Shown: positions 15,961-24,630, numbered from the stretch's first letter. The stretch: DNA of 39,784 bases from Synergistaceae bacterium (GCA_031274465.1 JAISQC010000109.1:1-39784), one strand, 5' to 3'. Made by a program: numbers and translations. The notes: generated by a model from the letters alone, not told the origin.

Positions 15961-16998
15961 TCACTGAGGTATCACGTCGGGGAGCGCGTTCGGGTCTCCC
16001 GCCATCGCGTCAAGGAGGGTCTGGAGCTGGCGCGCCGTATCGGCCAGCGCCGAATTCTGCGGAAATTTCCTGCCCGCTTCCTCCGCAAGGGCGTGTGCGG
16101 CGGTTATATGCCCGCTTATCCACAGCTTGTCAATCGCGTCGGCGATGCTCTCGTAGGTGGACGCGTCCTTTTCGTCGGCCACGCGCCTCAGGCGCTCGGC
16201 CTCGGCGAGTGCGTCGGCAAGCGCCGTCTTCAAGCCCTCCGCGTCGTTTTGGCTGGCGGCGAGCGCCTCGGTTTTCGATGCAATTATCTCGCCGAGCCTC
16301 TTCATCTCGGCTTCAGAATCCGCCACGACCGCGCCCAGCCGCTCGATTTCGGCAGCAGACGCCGCCATCGCTTCTTCCTGAGCCTCAGCGGACATCTGGA
16401 GCGCGCCGAGTTCGGCGTCCCTGCCGAGGGCCAGTTTCTCCGCCTCCGCGCTGGCCGCAGAGAGCGCGCTTTCCTGTTCGGCGATCCTCCGCCTCAGTCT
16501 TTCGGCTTCCGCGCTGGCGTCGGCAAGCGCCTTGTCCTTTTCGTCAGCGGATTTTGCCAATCGCTCTATTTCCGCGCTGGCGTCGGCTAGGGCTTTGTCC
16601 TTTTCGTCAGCGGATTTTGCCAATCGCTCTATTTCCGCGCCGGCTTCGGCAAGCGCCTTGTCCTTCTCGCCCGCCGCCTTTTTCAACCCGTCTATCTCGT
16701 TTTGGGCTTCGGCTATGGCGGCGCTCTCCAACCGATCGATCGACGCGGCCGAGTCGGCGTTCATTTTTTCCAGTCCCTCGATTTTCAGGCGAAAGGCGGC
16801 AATGGCTTGCTGGTTTTCGGAGGCGTCCTTATTCAGCCTTTCGATCTCCGACCTGGAAGAAGCTTCCGCGCCTTCGAGCCGCGCGATCTCGCCCGACGAC
16901 GATCTCATGCTGTAAACCAGGACGGCCAGCATTATCACGATTGCCAGGGAAAGAAACGACACCGCCGGAACGCAGTTATCCTGGATCCACTTTCTCAT
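15961..16998 (-). CDS. Membrane-anchored coiled-coil protein with 21-aa tandem repeats
   Basis: Single N-terminal TM (VPAVSFLSLAIVIMLAVLVYS), then about 280 aa of Ala/Glu/Lys/Leu-rich heptad-like sequence. This includes AEIERLAKSADEKDKALADAS twice. SD is GGGGGA. Confidence 0.6.
   Translation of the reverse strand: MRKWIQDNCVPAVSFLSLAIVIMLAVLVYSMRSSSGEIARLEGAEASSRSEIERLNKDASENQQAIAAFRLKIEGLEKMNADSAASIDRLESAAIAEAQNEIDGLKKAAGEKDKALAEAGAEIERLAKSADEKDKALADASAEIERLAKSADEKDKALADASAEAERLRRRIAEQESALSAASAEAEKLALGRDAELGALQMSAEAQEEAMAASAAEIERLGAVVADSEAEMKRLGEIIASKTEALAASQNDAEGLKTALADALAEAERLRRVADEKDASTYESIADAIDKLWISGHITAAHALAEEAGRKFPQNSALADTARQLQTLLDAMAGDPNALPDVIPQ
16511..16671. repeat. 63-bp tandem repeat (2 near-identical units plus a degenerate third) inside the coiled-coil CDS
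   Basis: Units 16511..16573 and 16574..16636 differ at only a few positions (gcgctggcgtcggc[a/t]ag[c/g]gc[c/t]ttgtccttttcgtcagcggattttgccaatcgctctatttcc). A partial third unit begins at 16637. Confidence 0.9.
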
Positions 16999-17037
16999 GC
17001 AGCATTCCCCCTTGTAGCGCGTCTTCCCGCGTTTTCG

Positions 17038-17943
17038 CTACGCGACGCGGGCGGCGCGCGAATCTACTTCTTTTCTTATAGCGGCTATATGCGCCGGAGT
17101 CGTGCCGCAGCACCCCCCGATGATATTGGCGCCGGCTTCTATCAGGTTTTGCACGAAAGACGCCATGATCTCGGGCGTTTCGGGGAAGACGTCGCGCCCG
17201 TCCTCGTTGGTTGGAAGCCCAGCGTTTGCGTGGACTAGGATGAGCGCGCCGGGAAACGCCTCTTTCATCTCGCGGACTATGTCTGCCATCCTCTCCATGC
17301 CGTTGCCGCAGTTCGCCCCTATGACGTCGGCGCCGGCATCGAGCGCGGAACGCGCCGCGTCCGCCGGGGACAGCCCCATCATCGTCCTGTAAGTCCCCTG
17401 CACCGTCCTGTCGAAAGTGTATGTCGCCAGAACTTCAAGGGAAGTGTTTTCTTTGACGGCCCTTATCGCGCACGCCGCCTCGCCGGCGTCGGTCATTGTC
17501 TCTATGCACGCGGCATCCGCGCCGCCCCGCTCGAGGGCAGTTGCCTGCTCTTTGAAAGCCTCGTACAGCTCATCCTCGGTCACGTCTTCCATGACGAGCA
17601 TGCGCCCCGTGGGGCCGATCGACGCGATGACGAATTTGCCCGGCTCGTCGCGAGTGGCGAGCCGCGAAGCGCGCGCCGCCGCCTCGTTTATTTCAGAAAC
17701 GCGGTCACTCAGGCCGAAGTGTTCGAGCTTGAAGCGGCTTGCACCAAAGCTGTTCGTCTCCACCATGTCCGCGCCGGCGTCGAGATAACCTCTGGCGATG
17801 GCGGCCACCTCGTCAAAATGCGTCGCCGACCACAGATCGGGACACTCTCCCGGCTTCAATCCCCGAGACTGGAGGAGCGTTCCCCATGCCCCGTCCGAGA
17901 CCAGGATTTTACGAGTTTTAAGCAGATCTGCGAGCTTGCCCAT
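17038..17943 (-). CDS. Homocysteine S-methyltransferase family protein
   Basis: LVSDGAWGTLLQSRGL at the N-terminus, VIGANCG, and IIGGCCGTTPAHI (zinc-binding Cys motifs of Pfam S-methyl_trans). An ATG at 17943 is preferred over the GTG at 17955. Confidence 0.85.
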   Translation of the reverse strand: MGKLADLLKTRKILVSDGAWGTLLQSRGLKPGECPDLWSATHFDEVAAIARGYLDAGADMVETNSFGASRFKLEHFGLSDRVSEINEAAARASRLATRDEPGKFVIASIGPTGRMLVMEDVTEDELYEAFKEQATALERGGADAACIETMTDAGEAACAIRAVKENTSLEVLATYTFDRTVQGTYRTMMGLSPADAARSALDAGADVIGANCGNGMERMADIVREMKEAFPGALILVHANAGLPTNEDGRDVFPETPEIMASFVQNLIEAGANIIGGCCGTTPAHIAAIRKEVDSRAARVA

Positions 17944-18035
17944 GTCCGTTCGCACCTCCAGATTTTCATTCTATATAAGTATACCAGATAAATCGGGATT
18001 GAAGAAAAATTTTTGACCAATCTTTATCAAGACTC

Positions 18036-18064
18036 TTGACAAATTTGAAAAAGCGTTTTATCAT
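18036..18064 (+). promoter_or_regulatory. Sigma70-type promoter of hsp20
   Basis: TTGACA (18036..18041), exactly 17 nt spacer, TATCAT (18059..18064). It lies about 50 nt upstream of the hsp20 ATG. Confidence 0.65.
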
Positions 18065-18115
18065 GCACTTAGTCAATGAAGGTCAACTTATTACAAAATA
18101 TGGGAGGGGATAAAA

Positions 18116-18574
18116 ATGTTCGCATTGACGCCGTTTCGAAACAGTTTGACATCATCGGGGGCGAGGCGCAACTCGCTGATGGACATCGACGACCTCTTCA
18201 ACAGGCTCCTGTGGTCGCCGGACCTGGGGAGGGCGCAGAGCTTCGGCAGCTACGACATGTACGAGAAGGACGGGAAGCTGTTCGTGGCAGTCGAGGCGCC
18301 TGGGGTCAGCCACGACGATGTCGAGGTCCGAATCTCCAAGGACAGGATTCAGCTCAAGTCCAAGGCAGAGGCCGAAGGCAAGAGCGAGGGCGCGGACGAC
18401 GGAAAGACATGGTACAGCAGGAAGGCGGTCACGTCCTTCAACTACGAGCTGTCGCTCCCGTTCGAGATCGACACCGAGAAGGCCGAGGCAACGTTCGAGA
18501 ATGGGGTGATATCCCTGTCCGCCCCGAGGCTCCAGGTCTCCGAGAGCCGGGTCCTGTCGCTGAAAAAAGCGTAG
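18116..18574 (+). CDS. Hsp20/alpha-crystallin family small heat-shock protein
   Basis: Alpha-crystallin domain: DMYEKDGKLFVAVEAPGVSHDDVEVRISKDRIQLK...FNYELSLPFEIDTEKAEATFENGVISLSAPR. SD is GGGAGGGGA. Confidence 0.9.
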   Translation: MFALTPFRNSLTSSGARRNSLMDIDDLFNRLLWSPDLGRAQSFGSYDMYEKDGKLFVAVEAPGVSHDDVEVRISKDRIQLKSKAEAEGKSEGADDGKTWYSRKAVTSFNYELSLPFEIDTEKAEATFENGVISLSAPRLQVSESRVLSLKKA

Positions 18575-18603
18575 CGCGCGGCAGAGGGCGGAACTAGCGC
18601 GAA

Positions 18604-18636
18604 GCCGAAGGGCGGGGGGCATCCCCGCCCTTCGGC
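18604..18636. terminator. Perfect 14-bp GC-rich hairpin between convergent hsp20 and the glucosaminidase-domain gene (putative bidirectional terminator)
   Basis: gccgaagggcgggg-ggcat-ccccgcccttcggc. There is no clean U-tract on either strand, so terminator function is inferred from position only. Confidence 0.5.
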
Positions 18637-18648
18637 GCGCATAAAGGA

Positions 18649-19287
18649 TTATTTTATTTTCACGCCAGCGGCGGCGAGCCTTTTCTCGACGATCGCGATC
18701 TCGCTGCTCGACAGCAAGCCGCGGGACTTGGCTTCTTTGTAGTCGCGAAGCAGCTCCGCGCGCCATTCCGCGCCGAGGAGCCTTGGCGCCAGCTTTATTG
18801 CCTTGTCGGCCAAATGCTCGAAGTATTTCTTGGTCGTCGCCCAGGAACCCAGCCTTCCCCTCTGGAGCGACGAAAAATAACCCCACACAGTGTCGGAGTG
18901 CTTCGAGGCGAGAGGGTAGTCCCTAGTTATCTTTACGCGGTAGTCGGACAGAAACTCGCCGATGGATTTATACGCCCGAAAGTAAGATTCCCGGTAGACC
19001 GTCTTGCCCCCCACGCTCTCCTGCGACCTCCTGCGGACCGATGGCTTGCCCGCATTCCGCCATTGCTTGTCGGCCTTGATCCCCGCCCCATTCATCGCGC
19101 TCTTCCATAGGGCGGACGTCCAGAAGCCCGTTTCGTGGGCGCTCTGGCATGTCGCCGCAAACGCGTTGATGTTTTTAAGCGCCTTGGCGTTGGCGTAAAA
19201 CTCCTCCGCCGTTATCGCTGCCGAAACCGACGGCGCCAACAGCGCCAACAAGACGGCAATGACGGTTTTCTTGAGGCATCCCTGCAT
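18649..19287 (-). CDS. Secreted glucosaminidase-domain (FlgJ/LytD-like muramidase family) protein
   Basis: Signal peptide MQGCLKKTVIAVLLALLAPSVSA. QSAHETGFWTS...NGAGIKAD...YFRAYKSIGEFLSDY matches the pattern of the mannosyl-glycoprotein endo-beta-N-acetylglucosaminidase domain (E-[ST]-G-W...FGIK...FR.Y.S...S..DY). Confidence 0.6.
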   Translation of the reverse strand: MQGCLKKTVIAVLLALLAPSVSAAITAEEFYANAKALKNINAFAATCQSAHETGFWTSALWKSAMNGAGIKADKQWRNAGKPSVRRRSQESVGGKTVYRESYFRAYKSIGEFLSDYRVKITRDYPLASKHSDTVWGYFSSLQRGRLGSWATTKKYFEHLADKAIKLAPRLLGAEWRAELLRDYKEAKSRGLLSSSEIAIVEKRLAAAGVKIK

Positions 19288-19327
19288 TCGCGCTCCCCCT
19301 ATCGCTTTATATATGTCGTTTCGCGCC

Positions 19328-20362
19328 TCATCCCGCGAGCCGCAGTATATCTTTCCATGTGACGAGAGCTATCAGGACGAGCAGCAGGACGAACCCAACC
19401 AAGTGGATGCGGTTTTCCCACCTTTCGGGGAACCTGCGCCCAGAAAGCATCTCGCCCAACAGAAACACCAGCCTGCCCCCGTCGAGCGCCGGGAGCGGGA
19501 ACAGGTTCAAAATCCCCAGGTTCAGGTTTATCACGGCCATGAACGTGATGAACGTCCAAAACCCCTGCCGGGCGGCATCCCCCGCCATCACTGCTATGCC
19601 GACAGGGCCGGCTACGTCTGCCGCCATCTCACCCGTCAGCATCATCCAGAGCCCCTTCAATATGTCTACGCTCATCCTCCAGCAGTAACTCATGCCGACG
19701 AACAGCGCCTTGTAAAATGGGTATCTTATGCGGGAGGGCTGCACGCCCCAGAGCCTGACCCCCTGATCGCCCGACGCCGGGACGACGCCGGAGAGCGTCA
19801 TCTCCGAGTCTCCGCGCCTGACCACTATGCTGACATCGTCGGTTTCCAACGTTTGGAGGGTCTTGCGTATCTCCGGCCACGCCGAGATGGGAAGGCCGTT
19901 GATCGAAACCACCCTGTCGCCCGGAAGAGCCCCCATGCTGGCCGCCGGATAGCCGGGCATGAGGTTTCCAACCACGGGCGACTCGATGTCGTTGATCCCG
20001 TTGCCGGAAAGAAGAAGGGCCGTAAGCAGCCACGCTAGCAAAATGTTCATGGTCGCCCCTCCTGCGATGATGACGAAACGCTCCCACGGGCGCTTTACGT
20101 TGAACGACCTCGCCTGATCCGGGATGTCTCCCGGCCTGAGCTCGTTCTCGTCCCCCTCGAGGCGGACGAAGCCGCCTATCGGGAAGAGCCGCCATGACCA
20201 CAGCGTGCCGCCGGCGAGCCTTTTCGTGATTATCCCAGGGCCCATCCCGAAGGCAAATTCGTGGACCTGGACGTTCCTCCACACTGCGGCGGCATAATGC
20301 CCGCCTTCGTGGATGAGAACGCAGACCGCTATCACGAGCAGAAATGACAATAAACTGACCAT
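19328..20362 (-). CDS. rseP: RIP metalloprotease RseP/RasP (site-2 protease, M50) with PDZ domain
   Basis: HEGGHY (HExxH) in the first TM, a central PDZ-like region (GDRVVSINGLPI), and a C-terminal NLFPLPALDGG motif. An ATG at 20362 with SD GGGAGGA follows the dxr stop. Confidence 0.88.
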   Translation of the reverse strand: MVSLLSFLLVIAVCVLIHEGGHYAAAVWRNVQVHEFAFGMGPGIITKRLAGGTLWSWRLFPIGGFVRLEGDENELRPGDIPDQARSFNVKRPWERFVIIAGGATMNILLAWLLTALLLSGNGINDIESPVVGNLMPGYPAASMGALPGDRVVSINGLPISAWPEIRKTLQTLETDDVSIVVRRGDSEMTLSGVVPASGDQGVRLWGVQPSRIRYPFYKALFVGMSYCWRMSVDILKGLWMMLTGEMAADVAGPVGIAVMAGDAARQGFWTFITFMAVINLNLGILNLFPLPALDGGRLVFLLGEMLSGRRFPERWENRIHLVGFVLLLVLIALVTWKDILRLAG

Positions 20363-20369
20363 ACTGAAT

Positions 20370-21551
20370 TCATCCTCCCATCGATGCGCAAGCCTCCCCC
20401 GCCATCCGCCCTCCAAGCGATATTAGTTCGATCGCGTCCTCGAGCGTTGACGGGGCTGGCCCGGAATATTTTTCCAGTGTCGATTCTATTATATTTGATA
20501 TGCCCAAAAATGGAATACGTTTGTCCAGAAAAGCTCTCACCGCAAATTCATCCGCTCCGACCAGGATGGGCGGATACGCCCCTCCCTTTCTTCCGGCCTC
20601 CAGCGCTATCCCGAGGCATGGGAAGCGGGCCGGGTCGGGCGGGTAAAAATCAAGCGAGACTCCCGCGCCGAAGCCCGGGAAGGCAAATTCTGAGCTTTGC
20701 GCGAGCGGCAGCCGGTCAGGCCAGGCAAGGGCCGCCGCCGCCGGTATCCGCATGTCCGGGCGGTATGCGACCATTTTGGACGTGCCGTCGGAGAACGCCG
20801 CGATACCGTGGACGCACGACCCAGGATGAATGACCGCCCGCACCCTGTCGTGAGGGAGGCCGAACAGATGCATGGCCTCGATGCACTCTATTCCCTTGTT
20901 CATCAGGCTCGCTGAGTCTACCGTTATCTTGGCGCCCATGTCCCACACCGGGTGCTTCAATGCGTCCTCCGGGGTGACGCGTTTCATCTCGTCGAGCGTC
21001 AGGTCGCGAAACGGCCCGCCGGACGCGGTGAGGGTCACGCTCTCTAGCTCTTTGCGCGGTTCGCCCCTGATGCACTGCCATATCGCGCTGTGCTCGCTGT
21101 CGAGCGGCCTCAGCTGGTCGGGCCTTTTGACGAGCGGCATGACCCAGGGGCCTGCCGCGACGACGCTTTCCTTGTTCGCGAGCGAGACGTCCTTGCCGGC
21201 GCGCAGGGCGAGTTGGAGGGATTTTATGGCGAGCGCGCCGGACGACGCGAAGACCACGTTGTCCGCGTCCGGCAGTTCCGCGATTTCCGAAAGCCCCCCC
21301 GCGCCGGCAGTCATATCTATGCCCAGCTCGGCGAACTTTTTAGCGGCCCCCGCCGGGGGCTCAGTCAAAAAAGCCTTGCGCGCCCCGAAACGAACGGCGA
21401 GCTCCAGCAGGCTGTCCGCCGACGAGCGGGCCGCAAGCGCAGTCACTTTAAAGCGATCGGGGAAGCGCGCGCATATATCCAGGACGGACCTCCCGACGCT
21501 GCCCGTCGCCCCTACGACCGCCACCCTCGTCGCTTTGCCCTGACGGGGCAT
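20370..21551 (-). CDS. dxr: 1-deoxy-D-xylulose-5-phosphate reductoisomerase
   Basis: MPRQGKATRVAVVGATGSVGRSVLDI (NADPH-binding GxTGSxG), LANKES, and PLDSEHSAI. The ATG at 21551 overlaps the cdsA stop (TGATG). The 632-aa ORF-track entry is an upstream in-frame read-through. Confidence 0.95.
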   Translation of the reverse strand: MPRQGKATRVAVVGATGSVGRSVLDICARFPDRFKVTALAARSSADSLLELAVRFGARKAFLTEPPAGAAKKFAELGIDMTAGAGGLSEIAELPDADNVVFASSGALAIKSLQLALRAGKDVSLANKESVVAAGPWVMPLVKRPDQLRPLDSEHSAIWQCIRGEPRKELESVTLTASGGPFRDLTLDEMKRVTPEDALKHPVWDMGAKITVDSASLMNKGIECIEAMHLFGLPHDRVRAVIHPGSCVHGIAAFSDGTSKMVAYRPDMRIPAAAALAWPDRLPLAQSSEFAFPGFGAGVSLDFYPPDPARFPCLGIALEAGRKGGAYPPILVGADEFAVRAFLDKRIPFLGISNIIESTLEKYSGPAPSTLEDAIELISLGGRMAGEACASMGG

Positions 21552-22423
21552 CAGACTATTACCTCTATGATGAAAAAAGTGAGAGTCGCGTTGATCAGTA
21601 TGCTGTCGAAGCGGTCGAGGAAACCGCCGTGCCCTGGGATCAGGCGCCCTGAATCCTTCACCCTTGCCTCGCGCTTCATGACCGATTCGGCGAGGTCGCC
21701 GAGCTGCCCCGCCACCCCGCACAGCGCCCCAAGAAGCGCGAGCGGGAGTGGCGCCATGTCGAACAGCACGGGCAGGACGGAGCCGCAGGCGACGCTTGCC
21801 GCGAACCCGGCGAAGAAGCCCTCCCAGCTCTTCGATGGGCTGACCCTGTCGCACAGGGGGGAATCGCCGAACAAAACCCCTACTAAGTAAGCGCCCACGT
21901 CGCAGCTCCAGGTGCAGAAAAAAATCGTGAGGAGATACAGTTGTCCGTGAGGGTGCGACCGCAGGAGTATCATGAAGCTCCATGGCAGCACCACATACAC
22001 GAGGCCTGAGAGAGTGCCGCCCATGTTCCAGAGCGCGTAGCTGTGGCCTGTGGCCTGCCTTCTTATCACCTCTGTGAAGAGGACAACTATGGCTACCATC
22101 GTCATTATCGAGAGCGTGACCGCGAAGCTGAACCCGACCGATACGGTGAGGAGCATCAAAGCGCCCCCTACCATCCCCCACCCCCGCGACAGCCTGTATT
22201 TGGTGTACATGAGCTGATACAGCTCCCACAGCGAGCCAAGCGCTATCACCGACGCCACCGCGTCCCACGCGTAGTCGCCCAAGATGATGCCGGCTACTAC
22301 CAAAACAACTATCAGGGCGCTGCTCGCCGTCCGCTTCGCGATGTCGGCGCCGAACAGCTTTTCCCCGCCCTCTTTGCCCTCTTTTATTATCCTGGCGCCG
22401 GAGGGCGGTTTATGCAGCGCCAT
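21551..22423 (-). CDS. cdsA: Phosphatidate cytidylyltransferase
   Basis: Multi-TM protein with the CDS signature SVMKREARVKDSGRLIPGHGGFLDRFDS. Confidence 0.9.
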   Translation of the reverse strand: MALHKPPSGARIIKEGKEGGEKLFGADIAKRTASSALIVVLVVAGIILGDYAWDAVASVIALGSLWELYQLMYTKYRLSRGWGMVGGALMLLTVSVGFSFAVTLSIMTMVAIVVLFTEVIRRQATGHSYALWNMGGTLSGLVYVVLPWSFMILLRSHPHGQLYLLTIFFCTWSCDVGAYLVGVLFGDSPLCDRVSPSKSWEGFFAGFAASVACGSVLPVLFDMAPLPLALLGALCGVAGQLGDLAESVMKREARVKDSGRLIPGHGGFLDRFDSILINATLTFFIIEVIV

Positions 22424-23111
22424 AACGCCGCTCCCTCGATGCGTAGCTCTCGACCGCCCGCTTGAGCTCCGCCATGTCGAAATCGGGCCAGTAGGCGTCC
22501 GTGAAATAATATTCGCTGTATGCCCCTTCCCATAGCCAGAAATTGCTCATTCTGAGTTCCCCTCCCGTCCTTATCAGCAGGTCCGGGTCAGGAATGTCCG
22601 GAGCGTACATTTTCCCCTTGAATGTCTCCACGGTTACAGGCCCGCCGCCCTCTGCCAAAACACTATTGACGGCGTCTACGATCTCCTGCCGCCCTCCATA
22701 ATTCACGCAAACGATCAAGTCTATCTCCTTGTTCTCCCTGGTGTATTCCTCAGCGTAGCGCACGCCGTCCAGAATGTCTACATTGAATGCGTCCAACTTT
22801 CCGACGAAGCGTATCCGCGCTCCCTTGCGGTGCAATTTCTCTATCTTGTTTTTGAGGTAGAGGCGGAATAGGCCCATCAGCCCCGCCACTTCGTCCGGCA
22901 TCCTCTTCCAGTTTTCGGTCGAGAACGCGTATACCGACAAATACCTGATTCCGAGTTCGTGGGCGTTGTCCACGGTCTCCTCCAGCGCCTTCATGCCAGC
23001 CTGGTGCCCGAAGACGCGCGGCATTCCGCGGCGAAGCGCCCAGCGGCCGTTCCCGTCCATTATGATCCCCACGTGGAACGGAGTTTTGCGCGCTTTTCCG
23101 TCAGCCGCCAA
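22410..23111 (-). CDS. uppS: Undecaprenyl-diphosphate synthase (cis-prenyltransferase)
   Basis: HVGIIMDGNGRWA, FSTENWKR, and ELRMSNFWLWEGAYSEYYF. A TTG start at 23111 overlaps the udg 3' end. Confidence 0.93.
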   Translation of the reverse strand: MAADGKARKTPFHVGIIMDGNGRWALRRGMPRVFGHQAGMKALEETVDNAHELGIRYLSVYAFSTENWKRMPDEVAGLMGLFRLYLKNKIEKLHRKGARIRFVGKLDAFNVDILDGVRYAEEYTRENKEIDLIVCVNYGGRQEIVDAVNSVLAEGGGPVTVETFKGKMYAPDIPDPDLLIRTGGELRMSNFWLWEGAYSEYYFTDAYWPDFDMAELKRAVESYASRERRYGAA

Positions 23112-23760
23112 AGTTCACGCCCTCCAGCCGCCCAGTCTCCCTGATGCTGTCCCATTGCCTGCGGACCTCCTGGATGTCTATCCACGAGAGGTGTTTTGGG
23201 CTTCCCTGCCTTTTGTCGTCAGAATACCTGAGAAGATAGCTCGGGTGGAACATCGGCATGGCGGCTATGCCGCGCCAGTCAAACCATCGCCCCCGCAGCT
23301 TGGTTATCCCCTCGGTCGTCTTCAATATCCATTTCGTGGGGGTCGCCCCCAGCAACACCATCAGCGCCGGCTTTATCAGAAGTATCTGCGTCTGCAGGTA
23401 CGCGTCGCACGCGGCCTGTTCCTCCGGGAGCGGCACCCTGTTCCCGGGAGGCCTGCACTTCACGACGTTCGCTATGTACACGTCGCGCCGGTCGATGCCG
23501 GCCGCGGACAGTATCTGCGTCAGCAGCTGCCCGGCCTTGCCGACGAAGGGGCGTCCCGTTTCGTCCTCGTCCGCTCCGGGCCCTTCGCCGATGAAGAGCA
23601 GCTTCGAGCTTTCGTCCCCCTCGCCGAAGACGACTGATTTTCGCACGCCGCAGAGGGCGCAGCCCGAGCACGAAGAAGCCTGGCGCCTGCACTCGTCCCA
23701 CAGCGCCGCCGTCACCTGCTCCCTTTCTTTGGGCGATAGCGAAAAAATTTCAGTCCTCAC
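23101..23760 (-). CDS. Uracil-DNA glycosylase, family 4 (Fe-S type)
   Basis: Cys cluster CSGCALC, VVFGEGDESSKLLFIGEGPGADEDETGRPFVGKAGQLL, and HPSYLLR. GTG start. Confidence 0.85.
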   Translation of the reverse strand: MRTEIFSLSPKEREQVTAALWDECRRQASSCSGCALCGVRKSVVFGEGDESSKLLFIGEGPGADEDETGRPFVGKAGQLLTQILSAAGIDRRDVYIANVVKCRPPGNRVPLPEEQAACDAYLQTQILLIKPALMVLLGATPTKWILKTTEGITKLRGRWFDWRGIAAMPMFHPSYLLRYSDDKRQGSPKHLSWIDIQEVRRQWDSIRETGRLEGVNFGG

Positions 23761-23787
23761 GTTTGAAACCCAGCCCCGTCCTATGGT

Positions 23788-24627
23788 TTAAAATTCCACG
23801 CCCGTCACGTTCACGCTCACATTGTACACCGAAAGCCCGCAGAAATAGCCTACGCTCTTTGCCACCCTCTGCCTCACGGTTTCCGCCACGCTTAAAATGC
23901 TCTTCGGGCCCCGGATGACTTTCAGGTCGAGAGCGATGATGAGCGAGTCCGCCGCCGTCGAGTAAACCCTGCTGACCGGCCCGCTCGCGACCTGAGGCAC
24001 CTTCGAGGCGATGTAGGCCGCCAGCTGCTCGATGGCTTCCGGCTCGATGTGGACCTCCCCGTAAAAGCTGAAGGGCGGGCGGACTATCGTCTTTTCTCCG
24101 TCGTAGGGCGATTTGCCCCTCCACAGTACCCGCAGCCGCCCCACCATCTTGCCGGCGAAGTTCTTCCGCACCAGCACGTGCGACACCGGTATGACGTGCT
24201 GCCCCTTGCTGTGGCGCTCCTTTTGCGCGCGCGCTATCTCTTCCGGCGTGGCGACGTCCTCGATGCGGACTATGCGTTCCGGCTTGGGAAACCCCAGTTT
24301 TCCGATTATCCGAAGCGCCATGTCCTCAGACGTCGCTATCACCATCACCGAGCAGGGGGCGGATTCCCTGAAAAAAGCCAGGACCGACGCTAGATGGTCG
24401 CTGTACTCGAAAAGGGCCCTTCTGATCGCCCGTATCTGATTTCGCTCCGCCTTCGCGCTTTTCCCGCACACGATCTCGGTCCTGCGTATAACCAGGCCGT
24501 CGTCTATTATATAATCGGCGTCGAGGTAGTCGGCGACGAATTGCGCCCTCTGGCTCTTCCCGGTGCCGGCCGCCCCTACGAATGCCACGGTCCTGATGTT
24601 AGCGAAATTCGGATCGGCAGGGGCCAA
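23788..24627 (-). CDS. P-loop NTPase domain fused to an Asp23/Gls24-like C-terminal domain; function unknown
   Basis: Walker A GAAGTGKS near the N-terminus. The C-terminal ~100 aa (EVHIEPEAIEQLAAYIASKVPQV...VRQRVAKSVGYFCGLSVYNVSVNVTGVEF) resembles Asp23-family proteins. A TTG start at 24627 has a strong SD (GGGAGGA) at 7 nt spacing. Confidence 0.6.
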   Translation of the reverse strand: MAPADPNFANIRTVAFVGAAGTGKSQRAQFVADYLDADYIIDDGLVIRRTEIVCGKSAKAERNQIRAIRRALFEYSDHLASVLAFFRESAPCSVMVIATSEDMALRIIGKLGFPKPERIVRIEDVATPEEIARAQKERHSKGQHVIPVSHVLVRKNFAGKMVGRLRVLWRGKSPYDGEKTIVRPPFSFYGEVHIEPEAIEQLAAYIASKVPQVASGPVSRVYSTAADSLIIALDLKVIRGPKSILSVAETVRQRVAKSVGYFCGLSVYNVSVNVTGVEF

Positions 24628-24630
24628 ACC

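Noticed and set aside
16511-16671. A regular direct repeat that could be mistaken for a small CRISPR-like array.
   Set aside because: The units are contiguous with no spacers, are 63 bp long and in frame, and lie inside a coiled-coil CDS. No cas genes are nearby.
17944-18035. A SAM or other riboswitch upstream of the homocysteine S-methyltransferase gene.
   Set aside because: With a plausible -10 (TATACT) about 35 nt from the start codon, the leader is too short to hold an aptamer, and no conserved riboswitch motifs are visible.
18059-18115. A CIRCE element, ROSE element or fourU RNA thermometer in the hsp20 leader.
   Set aside because: No match to TTAGCACTC-N9-GAGTGCTAA, and no U-rich or anti-SD stretch able to pair with the GGGAGGGGA ribosome-binding site.
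20370-22268. A 632-aa ORF that could be read as a large Dxr with a novel N-terminal domain.
   Set aside because: The N-terminal 239 aa are low-complexity Arg/Gly-rich and lie in an alternative frame of the clearly real cdsA. Dxr begins at the conserved MPRQGKATRVAVVGATGSVG, with a TGATG overlap at 21551.
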